Positions 1-9,319 are shown, numbered from the stretch's first letter. The stretch is 46,675 nucleotides of DNA from Acidimicrobiales bacterium (GCA_038256565.1 JBBSKG010000003.1:1-46675); one strand, 5' to 3'. Notes: generated from the sequence alone by a model not told the origin. Numbers and translations are program-made.

Positions 1-69
1 CCCGCATGCTCTACGACACACCGATGAACGAGTGGCGCACCCATGCCAACGAGTGGCAGCTCGGTGAGA
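1..69 (+). repeat. Direct repeat, copy 1 (copy 2 at 9251-9319)
   Basis: 65/69 identical to 9251-9319; mismatches at 35, 48, 53 and 65. Confidence 0.95.
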
Positions 70-470
70 ACTGGAACTGCGAGTGGGTGATGGCCTACTC
101 GTGTCACACGGTCGATCTCGCCAACGTCGGGGCCATGTGGCCGATCTTCGATCGCCTCCACATCTACTGCGGGGCCTGGGACGACATGTGGGACGGAACC
201 ACCACCGACGAGGTCGGTGAGGACATCGGCGACAACCTGACCGACGGCGACACCATCGCCGAGTCGTGGATCGACGGCGTCTCGGACTGGAAGGTCGACA
301 ACCACCCCGTGACTGTGTGTGTGGGTGACGCAGCGACGTGGAACGGCGGCAACGTCGCATGGGAGCGCAGCCACCTCAACCGTGACCACCTCTGGGGCCA
401 CGGCAACGTCGAGGCCGACCTGGCACCGACACAACAAGCCTGTCTGCTGTGGCGGTGGGCGGAGGGATGA
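3..470 (+). CDS. DUF6345-like protein, C-terminal part (5' end outside window)
   Basis: Open from window start. Motifs WQLGENWNCEWVMAYSC, FDRLHIYCG and GDTIAESW match my recollection of DUF6345. The N-terminal half of a paralogous copy is at ~8980-9319. Confidence 0.7.
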   Translation, partial: RMLYDTPMNEWRTHANEWQLGENWNCEWVMAYSCHTVDLANVGAMWPIFDRLHIYCGAWDDMWDGTTTDEVGEDIGDNLTDGDTIAESWIDGVSDWKVDNHPVTVCVGDAATWNGGNVAWERSHLNRDHLWGHGNVEADLAPTQQACLLWRWAEG

Positions 471-1411
471 TCATGAGCACCAACGATCGAACAAGCAACG
501 ACAAGATGATCGAGCGACTTGCGGCACTGGTGCCCGAGGTGCCCGAACACCTTCGGGTGATCGCACTCGCTCCTGTTGGCGTGGAGGCGGCCGAGGAGCG
601 ACTGGAGCGGTTCATGGTCACGATGGGCGAGTGCTGTGAACAGCGCCTGGACCGTGGTGACCGGGTGCGGCGCAGGGACCGAACGCTCCTACGTCTCACC
701 AATGGCCGGCGAGCCGTTGCGTATCACGCCTCGGGAGCCCTCGAGTTCCACGGCGGCATCGAGCCAATGGCCGATCTGTTCGAGGAGATGTCCGACACGA
801 GGCATTTGACCTCGCTGGTCAAGAAGGCAGCCGGTCGACTTGATGCACAGTACTGGGTCGGGCGCGACGAACGGTTGGTCTTCGAGCGTCTCTGGAGGAT
901 CAAGGCGGCAGCGGCCGACGCACGGGCCAAGATGGTCAGCCCGGTGCTCTGTCGTGCGATCGGCGCCTTTCGCCACATGATCGGCGATGTCCCCGTGCTC
1001 GGTGCCGCGTCGATGGCCGTGCAGCTCAGCGGCTCGGGTGCCTTTGATGTCGTGCGCATGTACCCACGGGCGACGACCAACGAGACCATCGACGAGGTTG
1101 AGGTGCTCAGCCCCATGGAGGCGGCGGCCCGGGTGATGCAACACGCCGATCGCCTCATGGCAGGGGGAGCGGAACGCTTCGCCGATGTCGCGGAGCCGAC
1201 CGGCTTCGAGTTCGGCTATTACAGCGCCTCGAAGCGCCAGGCCCAACGGGTGCTCGCTCCTGCCTATACGGCAACGTTTCGCTCCGGGGGCAAAGGCGAA
1301 GGCGACGAGTCGCTGAACCACTTCATCGTGGTCGGTGCCGGCTCACGCGACTACCTCGAGCTCTGCCAGACCGGCCGCCAACCCTTCGGCGCCCAACGTC
1401 GGGCGAGCTGA
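467..1411 (+). CDS. Hypothetical protein translationally coupled to the DUF6345-like gene
   Basis: ATGA overlap with the upstream stop (467-470), GGAGG just before it, ~314-aa uninterrupted ORF with GC-rich third positions. Confidence 0.8.
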   Translation: MIMSTNDRTSNDKMIERLAALVPEVPEHLRVIALAPVGVEAAEERLERFMVTMGECCEQRLDRGDRVRRRDRTLLRLTNGRRAVAYHASGALEFHGGIEPMADLFEEMSDTRHLTSLVKKAAGRLDAQYWVGRDERLVFERLWRIKAAAADARAKMVSPVLCRAIGAFRHMIGDVPVLGAASMAVQLSGSGAFDVVRMYPRATTNETIDEVEVLSPMEAAARVMQHADRLMAGGAERFADVAEPTGFEFGYYSASKRQAQRVLAPAYTATFRSGGKGEGDESLNHFIVVGAGSRDYLELCQTGRQPFGAQRRAS

Positions 1412-1496
1412 GCCCTTCGGCCCTGCTCGCTGCGCTCATCGGCCGTCGGCAAGGCGACTCCCGCTCGATCCAGCGGTAAAACTCCTCGACGTCCCG

Positions 1497-1660
1497 GAGG
1501 ACACCTGGGTGCACTGGTTCAACCACAACCGGCTCCACGGCTACTGTAACGACATACCGCCAGTCGAATACGAAGCAGCGTTCTACGCTGGCCAACAGAC
1601 CCACCCCGCCGGGGTCGCAAACCAATAGCGAAAACCCTCCATCAAACCCAGGGTGATTCA
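1497..1660 (+). mobile_element. IS3-family remnant: transposase C-terminus plus right inverted repeat
   Basis: WVHWFNHNRLHGYCNDIPPVEYE is the IS3 OrfB C-terminal signature. It is followed by CCTCCATCAAACCCAGGGTGATTCA (ends 1660), an IS6110-like terminal IR. Confidence 0.85.
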
Positions 1661-1806
1661 GCCACCAACACCCTGGAGAGTTCAGTTTCGTCGCGTCCAG
1701 GCTCAGGCCAACTCACTGCAAACTGGCGGGCGGACTGCCCAGATGCATTTCCGGCACCTACATGCTGCTATAGCCCGCCGGCGAGCCGGCGTTTGGCGGC
1801 GGTGGT

Positions 1807-2085
1807 TCAGCTGACCTTGAGGTAGCGGCGGAGCGCTTCACGCACAACATCGGATGCCGTGGTGTGGTCTGTAGTGGCCCGTTCGTCGAGCGCATTGCGT
1901 AGCTCGGGATCGAGGCGCACCGGGAGCGAGTCCGCCGGTCCCGAGCCCATAGCGGGTCGTCCTGGGCGGCGCCGGAGCTTCGTGGTATCGAGCCCTTCCT
2001 CGGCCTCTTCGGCCATCTCGTCGAGGACTTCGTCGGTCAGCTCAACGCCGGCCTTGGTTCGCCCGTGAGAGTTGTTATCAGGCAT
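1807..2085 (-). CDS. Ribbon-helix-helix (CopG-like) antitoxin
   Basis: C-terminal VRLDPELRNALDERA..TASDVVREALRRYL RHH fold preceded by an RPGRP motif; overlaps the upstream toxin stop. Confidence 0.8.
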   Translation of the reverse strand: MPDNNSHGRTKAGVELTDEVLDEMAEEAEEGLDTTKLRRRPGRPAMGSGPADSLPVRLDPELRNALDERATTDHTTASDVVREALRRYLKVS

Positions 2086-2329
2086 GGCTGTCTCCTTCTC
2101 CGCGGAGGAACGGCTCGTATTTGGAGCGCATTCGCATGGCGTGGATCACGATCTCCGACCCGTCGTCGACGGCGACCGAGACAACCTCGATGAGGTTCCC
2201 GGCGCTGTCTGGGCCAAGGTAGAGCACCTTGCCGTCGTCCTGCTCGCCTGCCGCGAGGGCGTGCTGAATGGCGTGCAGGATGTCTTCTTCGGTGATCCCG
2301 TGCTTGCGGGCGGAGGCATAGATTTCCAC
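2078..2329 (-). CDS. Putative BrnT/RelE-like toxin
   Basis: GTG start at 2329. SARKHGI..EDILHAI...LYLGPD.AGNLIEV...VIHAM..R.KY is typical of small actinobacterial toxins paired with RHH antitoxins. Confidence 0.75.
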   Translation of the reverse strand: MEIYASARKHGITEEDILHAIQHALAAGEQDDGKVLYLGPDSAGNLIEVVSVAVDDGSEIVIHAMRMRSKYEPFLRGEGDSHA

Positions 2330-2356
2330 GTGCCCAATATCGTATCGCGAAATGTG

Positions 2357-2539
2357 GGGGCCTGTCAATAACTTTGTGTGAGGTATCCGCATTTGGTTAC
2401 AGGGTGAAGCGTCCGGGGTACGCAATGGCGAACGCGTTGAGTGCTCTCGTCCATCCCGGGGTGTCGGTGCCGAGCTCACCGCCTCGGGTCGTGCCGATGT
2501 TGCAGATGGCCAGGTACATCAACTTGAGCGCTGCATCGT
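2357..2539 (-). mobile_element. IS256-family remnant: transposase C-terminus plus terminal IR
   Basis: NDAALKLMYLAICNI...WTRALNAFAIAYPGRF is an IS256 transposase C-terminus. GGGCCTGTCAATAACTTTGTGT at ~2358-2379 is an IS256-type IR. Confidence 0.85.
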
Positions 2540-2692
2540 TGGCATGACCCCCGGAAGTTGATCCATCGGCTATGAGAGTCACAACATTGCCCTTCGGGGC
2601 AGGAGGTGATTCTGATGGCACGACGACGACACACACCGGATCAGATCGTCCGGAAGTTACACGAGGGCGAGAAGCTGCTCAACGAGGGCGAG
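2540..2692 (+). mobile_element. IS3-family (IS407-group-like) left end with truncated orfA
   Basis: IR-like TGGCATGACCCCCGGAAGTTGATCCA at 2540, RBS AGGAGG, ATG 2615 giving MARRRHTPDQIVRKLHEGEKLLNEG, then the similarity stops. Confidence 0.8.
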
Positions 2693-2715
2693 GAGGGGTG
2701 CCGGACCCCGACGGA

Positions 2716-3294
2716 TCAGACACTGATGAGATCCTCCTCGGCGATCAGTACACCGTGCCGTTTGAACGATGATGGGGTGCTCCTGAGCACATCATGAGCC
2801 AGCGAAGGAATGCCTGCCACGTCCCATGCTGGGTCGCAGAACCGCTCTGGGAGCGACGTCCACTCGGGGATGGGCAGGCGGTCCTTGCGTAGCCGGAACT
2901 CAACAACGGCCGCGAGAAAAGCGTCGACACCCCTGTCGCCGGTGAGTGGTGGCGGAGTGAGACACAACGCCAGGCGAGTCGCCGGCGGCTCGCTCGCCAA
3001 GTCATCGTTCACCTGGATGAGCTGCCGGAACAACAACCCTGTATGGCCCTCCCGCACGGCACGCCGAAGGGCGGAACCTGCAGCGGCGACCGATGGCGTG
3101 GTCGTCGGAATCGCGATGAGTTGCGCGCCGCACTGCTCGAGTAGTCGTCCGAGCAACCCGACGGTCACATCGGCCTGGGCACCCGATTCCAGCTCCGCGA
3201 TCGAAGGCTGGGGCACCCGAGCGAGCACGGCGAGACGCCGCTGGCTCAGCCCGGCCGCTTGGCGAGGCCCTTGGATCAGATCTGTAAGTGCCAC
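2716..3294 (-). CDS. XRE-family HTH protein with C-terminal domain (probable antitoxin/regulator)
   Basis: N-terminal HTH RQAAGLSQRRLAVLARVPQPSIAELESG; C-terminal TGDRGVDAFLAAVVE...P.W...TP..FKRHGV.I. Confidence 0.8.
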   Translation of the reverse strand: MALTDLIQGPRQAAGLSQRRLAVLARVPQPSIAELESGAQADVTVGLLGRLLEQCGAQLIAIPTTTPSVAAAGSALRRAVREGHTGLLFRQLIQVNDDLASEPPATRLALCLTPPPLTGDRGVDAFLAAVVEFRLRKDRLPIPEWTSLPERFCDPAWDVAGIPSLAHDVLRSTPSSFKRHGVLIAEEDLISV

Positions 3295-3301
3295 ACCCTG
3301 A

Positions 3302-3321
3302 TGATAGCCCCTTAGCTATCA
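3302..3321. promoter_or_regulatory. Palindromic operator upstream of the XRE gene
   Basis: TGATAGC-N6-GCTATCA, 7 bp upstream of the GTG start; autoregulation is inferred. Confidence 0.5.
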
Positions 3322-3575
3322 GAACTACAACCGTGGCGGACGACTCTCGATCGGCACTCAACCTCGATGCGGTCTACCGACGCCGATCCCACAACCTCGA
3401 ACTGAATCGGCCTGGGTTCAGCGGAGGCTCCTAAGGGTCCACGTCAGGTTAGTACGCGCGTAGTATCGTGGCGGTATGGAAGTCACGGCGGAGGGGCTCG
3501 CGCGGTCCCATGGTGCGCCAATGTCGTCGGCTTTTGCCCCGTCAAGCAGTTGAGGTTGGCGGGGTTGCCGCGGCG

Positions 3576-3856
3576 GGCAGGGACAAACTCGCGCAGGGGC
3601 GTGGTATGCCAATCGCGGGGTAGGACTCCGAGGATCTCTTCGAGCGCGATGGACATCTCGACGTACGAGAGAGAGTCACCGCCGAGGCTCACGAAGGTGT
3701 CGTCATCGCCGGTGCACAAGCCGGTTACGCCGTGTTGGGCAAGCAGCTCGGATCGACCCGGTCGAGGTCGATCCGCACCCCGTAGAGCTTCACGAACCGG
3801 CTCCGCCTGCCAACCAGCTCGTATAGGCCTTCTGGGGAGAGCCGAGCTAGGTCGCG
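3576..3856 (-). pseudogene. Remnant of an AMP-binding (adenylation) plus carrier-domain protein
   Basis: RDLARLSPEGLYELVGRRSRFVKLYGVRIDLDRV (A7/A8-like motifs), a frameshift near 3752, then DTFVSLGGDSLSYVEM (phosphopantetheine-site motif). No 5' part; internal deletion. Confidence 0.75.
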
Positions 3857-4890
3857 CCGACCTGGCCACTTGGATAGCTGACAGCACGGGTGCCTGCATA
3901 GGTAACGGTCACTTGGTCACCCCGACGGTACATGGGGATGGAGCCTGCCCGTACACGAAGAATGGGCCCCCGGGGTGGGCGGACCAGGTAGACAGTGTCG
4001 TGGCCATGGAACTCGGTCAACTCGACAACGGCGTCGCCTCCGTCAGCCAGGCGGAGCTCTTCGGGACGTAACAACACAATGACCGGGCCATCGCTCTGCT
4101 TGGTGAGCTTCACTGGACCAGCAGCGGTCTCGGCCAGATCCCCTACGGCAGTGGCGTTAACCAGATTGGCATCACCCACGAAACTTGCCACCCATGGCGA
4201 TACCGGCTTGGCATAGAGGTCGGCGGGCGAGGTTTGTTGCACGATTGTGCCCGCTGCCATTACCGCCACTTCGTCACCCAGGACGAAGGCTTCCTCTTGG
4301 TCGTGGGTGACGAAGACCGTGGTGATGCCGAGCTCGACGAGGAGCTGGTGGATCTCGGACCGGATTTGCACACGCAGTGCCGTGTCGAGATTCGAGAAAG
4401 GCTCGTCGAGGAGAAGCACTGTTGGCGCGGGTGCAAGGGCACGGGCCAGGGCCACGCGCTGCTGCTGTCCACCCGAGAGTGTGCCTGGCCGGCGTTTGGC
4501 CAGGCCACCAAGGTCGACCAATTCGAGAGCGGTCTCGATGCGTGTAGCTGTGCGTTCCTTGCGGGGCAGGCCATAACCGACGTTGCCTGCTACGTCGAGG
4601 TGCGGGAAGAGCGCCCAGTCCTGAAACACCATGCCTATGCGTCGCCGCTCCGGGGCGACGTTCCCACCGGAGCCGACCATGACTTGGTTACCCATGGTGA
4701 TGGTCCCCTGGTCGGGCTGTTCCAGCCCGGCGATGGTTCGCAACAGCGTGGTCTTGGCGCAACCGCTTGGACCCAGCAAGGCCACCACAGTATGGGGGGC
4801 GACGTGCAGATTGACACCGCGCAGCACAACGTGGCGCCCGAATTGCTTTTGGAGATTGACGATCTCGATGCCGCCTGTCGTGGCATTCAC
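3847..4890 (-). CDS. Fe3+ ABC transporter ATP-binding subunit (FbpC-like)
   Basis: Walker A GPSGCAKT, signature LSGGQQQR, Walker B LLLDEP, TOBE-like C-terminus. Confidence 0.9.
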   Translation of the reverse strand: MNATTGGIEIVNLQKQFGRHVVLRGVNLHVAPHTVVALLGPSGCAKTTLLRTIAGLEQPDQGTITMGNQVMVGSGGNVAPERRRIGMVFQDWALFPHLDVAGNVGYGLPRKERTATRIETALELVDLGGLAKRRPGTLSGGQQQRVALARALAPAPTVLLLDEPFSNLDTALRVQIRSEIHQLLVELGITTVFVTHDQEEAFVLGDEVAVMAAGTIVQQTSPADLYAKPVSPWVASFVGDANLVNATAVGDLAETAAGPVKLTKQSDGPVIVLLRPEELRLADGGDAVVELTEFHGHDTVYLVRPPRGPILRVRAGSIPMYRRGDQVTVTYAGTRAVSYPSGQVGAT

Positions 4891-4996
4891 GATGGCTCAC
4901 AGCGTAGTGGAAGGCGGCTGTAGAGCTCAGTCGACGGATCCAGCTTCCCCTGTTGACGACCATCGGGTGACAACACGACTGAACGCTGAGAAGCGG

Positions 4997-6601
4997 TCAA
5001 CGTGAAGGCTCACGGAGAACAAGGAATGCCATGGGAATCGAGGAGAGGAGCACCAGAGCCAGAGCGGGGGCAGCCGCACGGCTGAAGAAGGCCTCCGATG
5101 TGGCGCTCCACACTTGTGTGGCCAGAGTCGTGTATCCCGTCGGAGCCAGAAGCAGCGTGGCGGGAAGTTCCTTCATGCACGTGAGAAAGACCAGCGCCCC
5201 GCCGGCAAGAATGCCAGGCCTGGCCAGCGGGGCCACAACCTGCCACAGCGTGGCCATCGAGCCGCGGCCGAGCAGACGGGAAGCTTCCTCCAGCCGCGGG
5301 CTGATCTGCAGAAGCGAGGAACGGATGGATCCCAGGGCCTGTGGTAGGAAAAGCACGACATAGGCAAGCGTGAGCAACCATTGTGTCTGGTAGATCCCCG
5401 GCGCCACCCGGGCACCAAAGAACGTCAGAGACAGGGCCACAACGACACCGGGCAGCGAGTGCCCTGCCCAACAAGCGCCCTCCACCACTCGGCCCAGCCA
5501 TCCCCCATGGCGAACAGAAAGGACCGCGACCGGCCAAGCCGCCGCCACCGTGGCCAGCGCCCCCAATGCCGACGCCCGAAGGCTGTTGGCGACCAAGGTC
5601 GTGGTCAACCGAAGGGGTTCTCCGGCGTCGATGCCTCGCATCAGCCAGGTGGCGATGACCGCCAAGGGAAGGATGAGGGCAGCGATCACGAGCATGCACA
5701 ACAGCCCAAACACCGGCCAGCGCCAGCGGCCCAGTGAGGTGATCGGGGCCGCACGGGCCCCGCCGGTATGGAGCCGATGGTACGTGATACGCCGACGGGC
5801 ACCGGACTCGCCTGAAAGCACGACAATGGTGACCGCGACGAGAACCAAGCCGAGCACCGCTGCTGTGGACCGGTCAAGGGAAGCTCGGTACTGTACGAAG
5901 ATCGCTCTCGTGAAGCTGTCGAAACGCAGCATCGACACCGCTCCGAAATCCGACAGGGTATACAGAGCCACCAGCAGCGAACCTGCGGTGATGGACGGGC
6001 GTAACTGCGGAAGCACCACGCGTCCGAACGTGGCCCAGCGCCCGTGACCGAGCGTACGACTGGCCTCCTCCAGACTGGGATCGAGGTTTCGCAGCGCTGA
6101 ACGTACCGTGAGCAGCACGTATGGATAGGTGAACAGCATCAGCACCAGCCAGGCACCGGGGAACCCGTAAAGGCTGGGCAACGACTCAACACCCAAAGGC
6201 TCGAGCCAACCCTGCAGAAGACCCCGAGGCCCCAGCGCTCCGATGAAGGCAAACCCGCCGACATAGGTCGGAATGGCCAACGGCAATGCCGTGACAATGA
6301 CCCAGAAGCGACGCCACGGAAGATCCGTGCGCACCGTAAGCCAAGCAACGGGTAAGGCGATAGCGACCGAGCTGGCCGTCACCGCCACCGCCAGCAGGCC
6401 CGTGCGCCAGAGCAAACCCTGAACCCGATCACTCAAGGCGATATCGGCGATCCGGTCCCAGCCCAGGTCCGTCGAGCGAACGAGAAGATACACGAGGGGC
6501 AGGAGTGTCAGGGTCGCGACGGCCAACCCGGCCAACGCTGCGATGGGCAACGCCCACCGCAGACGTGGCCGAGCATGGCCGAAGCGACCCTGACCTACCA
6601 T
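4997..6601 (-). CDS. Fe3+ ABC transporter permease (FbpB-like)
   Basis: Multi-TM protein with two EAA motifs (LEEASRTLG, LEEASRLLG). Start moved to ATG 6601 to avoid overlap with the binding-protein gene. Confidence 0.9.
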   Translation of the reverse strand: MVGQGRFGHARPRLRWALPIAALAGLAVATLTLLPLVYLLVRSTDLGWDRIADIALSDRVQGLLWRTGLLAVAVTASSVAIALPVAWLTVRTDLPWRRFWVIVTALPLAIPTYVGGFAFIGALGPRGLLQGWLEPLGVESLPSLYGFPGAWLVLMLFTYPYVLLTVRSALRNLDPSLEEASRTLGHGRWATFGRVVLPQLRPSITAGSLLVALYTLSDFGAVSMLRFDSFTRAIFVQYRASLDRSTAAVLGLVLVAVTIVVLSGESGARRRITYHRLHTGGARAAPITSLGRWRWPVFGLLCMLVIAALILPLAVIATWLMRGIDAGEPLRLTTTLVANSLRASALGALATVAAAWPVAVLSVRHGGWLGRVVEGACWAGHSLPGVVVALSLTFFGARVAPGIYQTQWLLTLAYVVLFLPQALGSIRSSLLQISPRLEEASRLLGRGSMATLWQVVAPLARPGILAGGALVFLTCMKELPATLLLAPTGYTTLATQVWSATSEAFFSRAAAPALALVLLSSIPMAFLVLREPSR

Positions 6602-6656
6602 CAACACTGCTGAAGATCTCCCATCAAGGACAGAGGACGAGCCGGGACCATCAGGG

Positions 6657-7682
6657 TCAGACGATACCGAGGTCGGTGAGGAGGGCCAACGTGCCTTCCA
6701 AATCATCGAGCTCGTTGAGATCAATGTCCGGCAAGGTCAGGTTGTCGAGCGTAGGGACGTTTTCCACTGGCTCGACGCCCTCAACCAAGGGGACCTCAAA
6801 GGTCTTCTCGGCGAAGTAGCTCTGCGCCTGCGTCGAAAGCAGGAAGCTGATGAACCTCTCCGCCTCGGCAGTATTGCCCGCCGTGTCGAGAATGCCGCCT
6901 CCGGCCACGTTCACCAGGCCCCCGGGGTCACCGTCACCGAAGAACTTGTTGGCCACGGCCAGATCAGGATTCGCTGCCTTCAACTGATAGGCGTAGTAGT
7001 GGTTGACGAAGCCCACGTCGATCTCCCCGGTGCCTACCGCTTCGACAATGGCGCTGTTCTTATCGAACACCGCCGGCTTGTTGGCCTGGATGCCCTGAAG
7101 CCAGGAACGGGCGCCATTCTCACTCTTGAGCACTCGCAGACCGGTGACAAAGGCATGGAAAGAGCCGTTGGTCGGTGCCCAGCCAATACGGCCACTCCAC
7201 GCAGGGTCCGTAAAATCCAGGATGGAACCGGGCAGGTCGGCCTCGGTGAGCTTCGTGGTGTTGTAGACGACAACACGGGCACGAGCTGAGGTGCCGACCC
7301 AACGGCCCTCGGTGTCCTTCAGGCCGGCGGGCACCTTGTCAAGTTGCTCCTTGGACAACTCGACAAGCCGACCCTCAGCTGCGAGGGCGCCAAGAGCACC
7401 CGCGTCTTGACCGAAGAAGACATCCGCAGGCGAGTTCTCACCTTCCTCGAGAATCTGGGCAGCCATCTCAGCAGTGTCGCCGTAGCGAATCTCGACCGAG
7501 ATACCGGTTGCCTCTTCAAACTGCTTGATGAGCGGCCCGATCAGCTCCTCGTTGCGGCCCGAGTAGATCACCAACGAGCCATCACCCCCGGACTCCGAAG
7601 CCGTCTCCTTGTTACCGCCGCAGGCCGCAGCCAACAGTGCTATGCCTAAGAACAGGGTAAGGACCTTGATCCATGATCTCAT
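6657..7682 (-). CDS. Fe3+ ABC transporter substrate-binding lipoprotein (FbpA/FutA-like)
   Basis: GGAGG RBS, ATG 7682, lipobox LAAAC, YSGR, EGENSPADVF, iron-ligand motif NHYY. Confidence 0.9.
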   Translation of the reverse strand: MRSWIKVLTLFLGIALLAAACGGNKETASESGGDGSLVIYSGRNEELIGPLIKQFEEATGISVEIRYGDTAEMAAQILEEGENSPADVFFGQDAGALGALAAEGRLVELSKEQLDKVPAGLKDTEGRWVGTSARARVVVYNTTKLTEADLPGSILDFTDPAWSGRIGWAPTNGSFHAFVTGLRVLKSENGARSWLQGIQANKPAVFDKNSAIVEAVGTGEIDVGFVNHYYAYQLKAANPDLAVANKFFGDGDPGGLVNVAGGGILDTAGNTAEAERFISFLLSTQAQSYFAEKTFEVPLVEGVEPVENVPTLDNLTLPDIDLNELDDLEGTLALLTDLGIV

Positions 7683-7699
7683 CAGCTTCCTCCAAGATA

Positions 7700-7741
7700 T
7701 AAAGTTAGGTGTACCTAACTCTATAGGGAAACCTGACCTAC
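7700..7741. promoter_or_regulatory. Tandem IdeR/DtxR iron boxes
   Basis: TAAAGTTAGGTGTACCTAA (7700-7718, 14/19) and ATAGGGAAACCTGACCTAC (7723-7741, 13/19) against TTAGGTTAG(G/C)CTAACCTAA, directly upstream of the iron operon. Confidence 0.85.
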
Positions 7742-8006
7742 TGTCCAAAGGGCCAGTCGGCCGCGATACTTGCAGCGCACGTCGGTCGTCCGTTTGGTGG
7801 GTAGTGGGTACACATGGCAGAGATGGGCGCCGTTGACCGGCTCTCGTGCCACGTCCAACAGCGGAACGATGTCCTGACGGTCGTCAGCTAAGCTCTCAGC
7901 CGTCAGCTCCCATCGCTCGTCGGGCTCGAGTTTGGAGATACTCGAAATCGCCATCGAGCGCGGCGAGACCCATTGACTTCTGAGGTAATTCAGATTTTCT
8001 CACGGT

Positions 8007-8462
8007 ATGACTGTTGTCGAGCGACCGTTCTCGGAGTTCTTGCGTCGGCCCAAAGATGTCGTGGCTGAGTTGTCCGAGCATGACGTGCTGCTCCGGCGTC
8101 GGAACGCGCCTGCGCTGCACTTGAGCCAGGCCGACCGCGACGATGACCGGTCCAAGACCTTTGAGGCGCTCGCACGGTTGTTGCGCAACCTCGCAGTGCA
8201 CAGTCCTGCAGCGCTGGACAGTGCCGTCGACGATGTCTTCGCGTGGGTCACGTTTCTGCCGAATGCGGACCGCTGACTCTTCATCGAGGCGCTCACCAGG
8301 ACCCTCGTCGGTGCAGCTTCTGTCGAGAGCTACTCGCCCGTGGCGCAGCTCCTTCGGGAGTGGAAGGCCACAGCAGAGATCCATGCCGACCCGACCCTCG
8401 CTCGGCGACTCCGCAAGCGGATCGATGCAGACGGCGAGCTTGTCGCGGCACCCGTCGGCTGA
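8007..8462 (+). pseudogene. Phd-like antitoxin with premature TGA
   Basis: FSEFLRRPK...LLRRRNAPAL...W.TFLP..DR* then, in the same frame, LFIEAL...LLREWKATAEIHADP. In-frame TGA at 8274-8276. Confidence 0.75.
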
Positions 8463-8468
8463 CGGCCG

Positions 8469-8663
8469 ATGCCGAAGCGCAAGGAGCGGGTCGCGCCTCC
8501 TCCTGGCGCAGGCGGGTGGGACCTTCGCTACGCCAACAGCGACGCCGTCAAGGGTTGGCAGTAGATCACCGCAGGTGGCCGACTCTGGTACTGCATCGAC
8601 GACAAGGCGAAGACCGTCTGGCTCACCGACGCTCACGTCGGTCACCCAAAGGCGACGGAGTAG
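8469..8663 (+). pseudogene. Cognate RelE-like toxin, internally deleted, with in-frame TAG
   Basis: MPKRKERVAPPPGAGGWDLRYANSDAVKGWQ*ITAGGRLWYCIDDKAKTVWLTDAHVGHPKATE. TAG at 8562-8564; the central part typical of the family appears absent. Confidence 0.7.
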
Positions 8664-8807
8664 CGCAACGCCGACGGGAGATGCATTTTCCAACCCCTCG
8701 GGCCCATCACAGGGCGAGCTGGGTCTTCAGGCCTGGTCGATATGCTCCCCAACCACCGGCGATCCCCACTTCAACCGGCTCGGCGCACCACGGGATGGCC
8801 ATCACGC

Positions 8808-8844
8808 ACCATCTTGGCGATCGAGCGGTTGTCGCCAAGATGGT
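8808..8844. repeat. Perfect 13-bp inverted repeat (hairpin)
   Basis: ACCATCTTGGCGA-N11-TCGCCAAGATGGT. Confidence 0.7.
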
Positions 8845-8979
8845 CCCCCACGCCCACGACAAGGTCCTGGCCGACAGCGCATGCCAAACGCTCCAGGGTT
8901 TCGAGGCTGAGCGATGCTGGTTGAGCAGAAATCTCACGCTGCTTCCAGACGGCGAACGGCTCGTGGCAGCGCTCTGGAT

Positions 8980-9319
8980 GGGTGCTACTCGAGTCATACG
9001 GTCGATTTCGGCAATGCCCGGGCGAACAAGGTCAGCACTGCGGCCGACTTCACCTACACCTTCAACATCTGCAACGGCCTTGACGAGGCGCTGCGTGATG
9101 CAGGCCATACCCGTGGTTTCTACTGGGCCAATCAGGACTGTTGGGAGACCGACATCCGTGACACGGACCAAGGCGGCGATGACGTCACCTATGTCGACAA
9201 CGTCGATCTGTTCTTCATCATGACGCATGGCAACAACGACTCGGGCGTGGCCCGCATGCTCTACGACACACCGATGAACGAGTGACGCACCCATGCCGAC
9301 GAATGGCAGCTCGGCGAGA
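8980..9319 (+). pseudogene. Second DUF6345-like copy, N-terminal half, with nonsense mutation
   Basis: CWETDIRD..QGGDD..YVDNVDLFFIMTHG...RMLYDTPMNE*. TGA at 9283-9285 corresponds to TGG (33-35) in copy 1. Confidence 0.8.

Noticed and set aside
3330-3553. Possible IS end (GGGTTCAGCGGAGGCTCCTAA, ~3414-3433) and a short ORF at 3476
   Set aside because: No partner repeat or transposase fragment recognised; too weak to call.
8274-9285. In-frame TGA codons (8274, 9283) as evidence of TGA recoding or selenocysteine
   Set aside because: TGA terminates many intact genes here and Trp is encoded by TGG. The affected ORFs or their partners carry other lesions, so simple nonsense mutation is sufficient.
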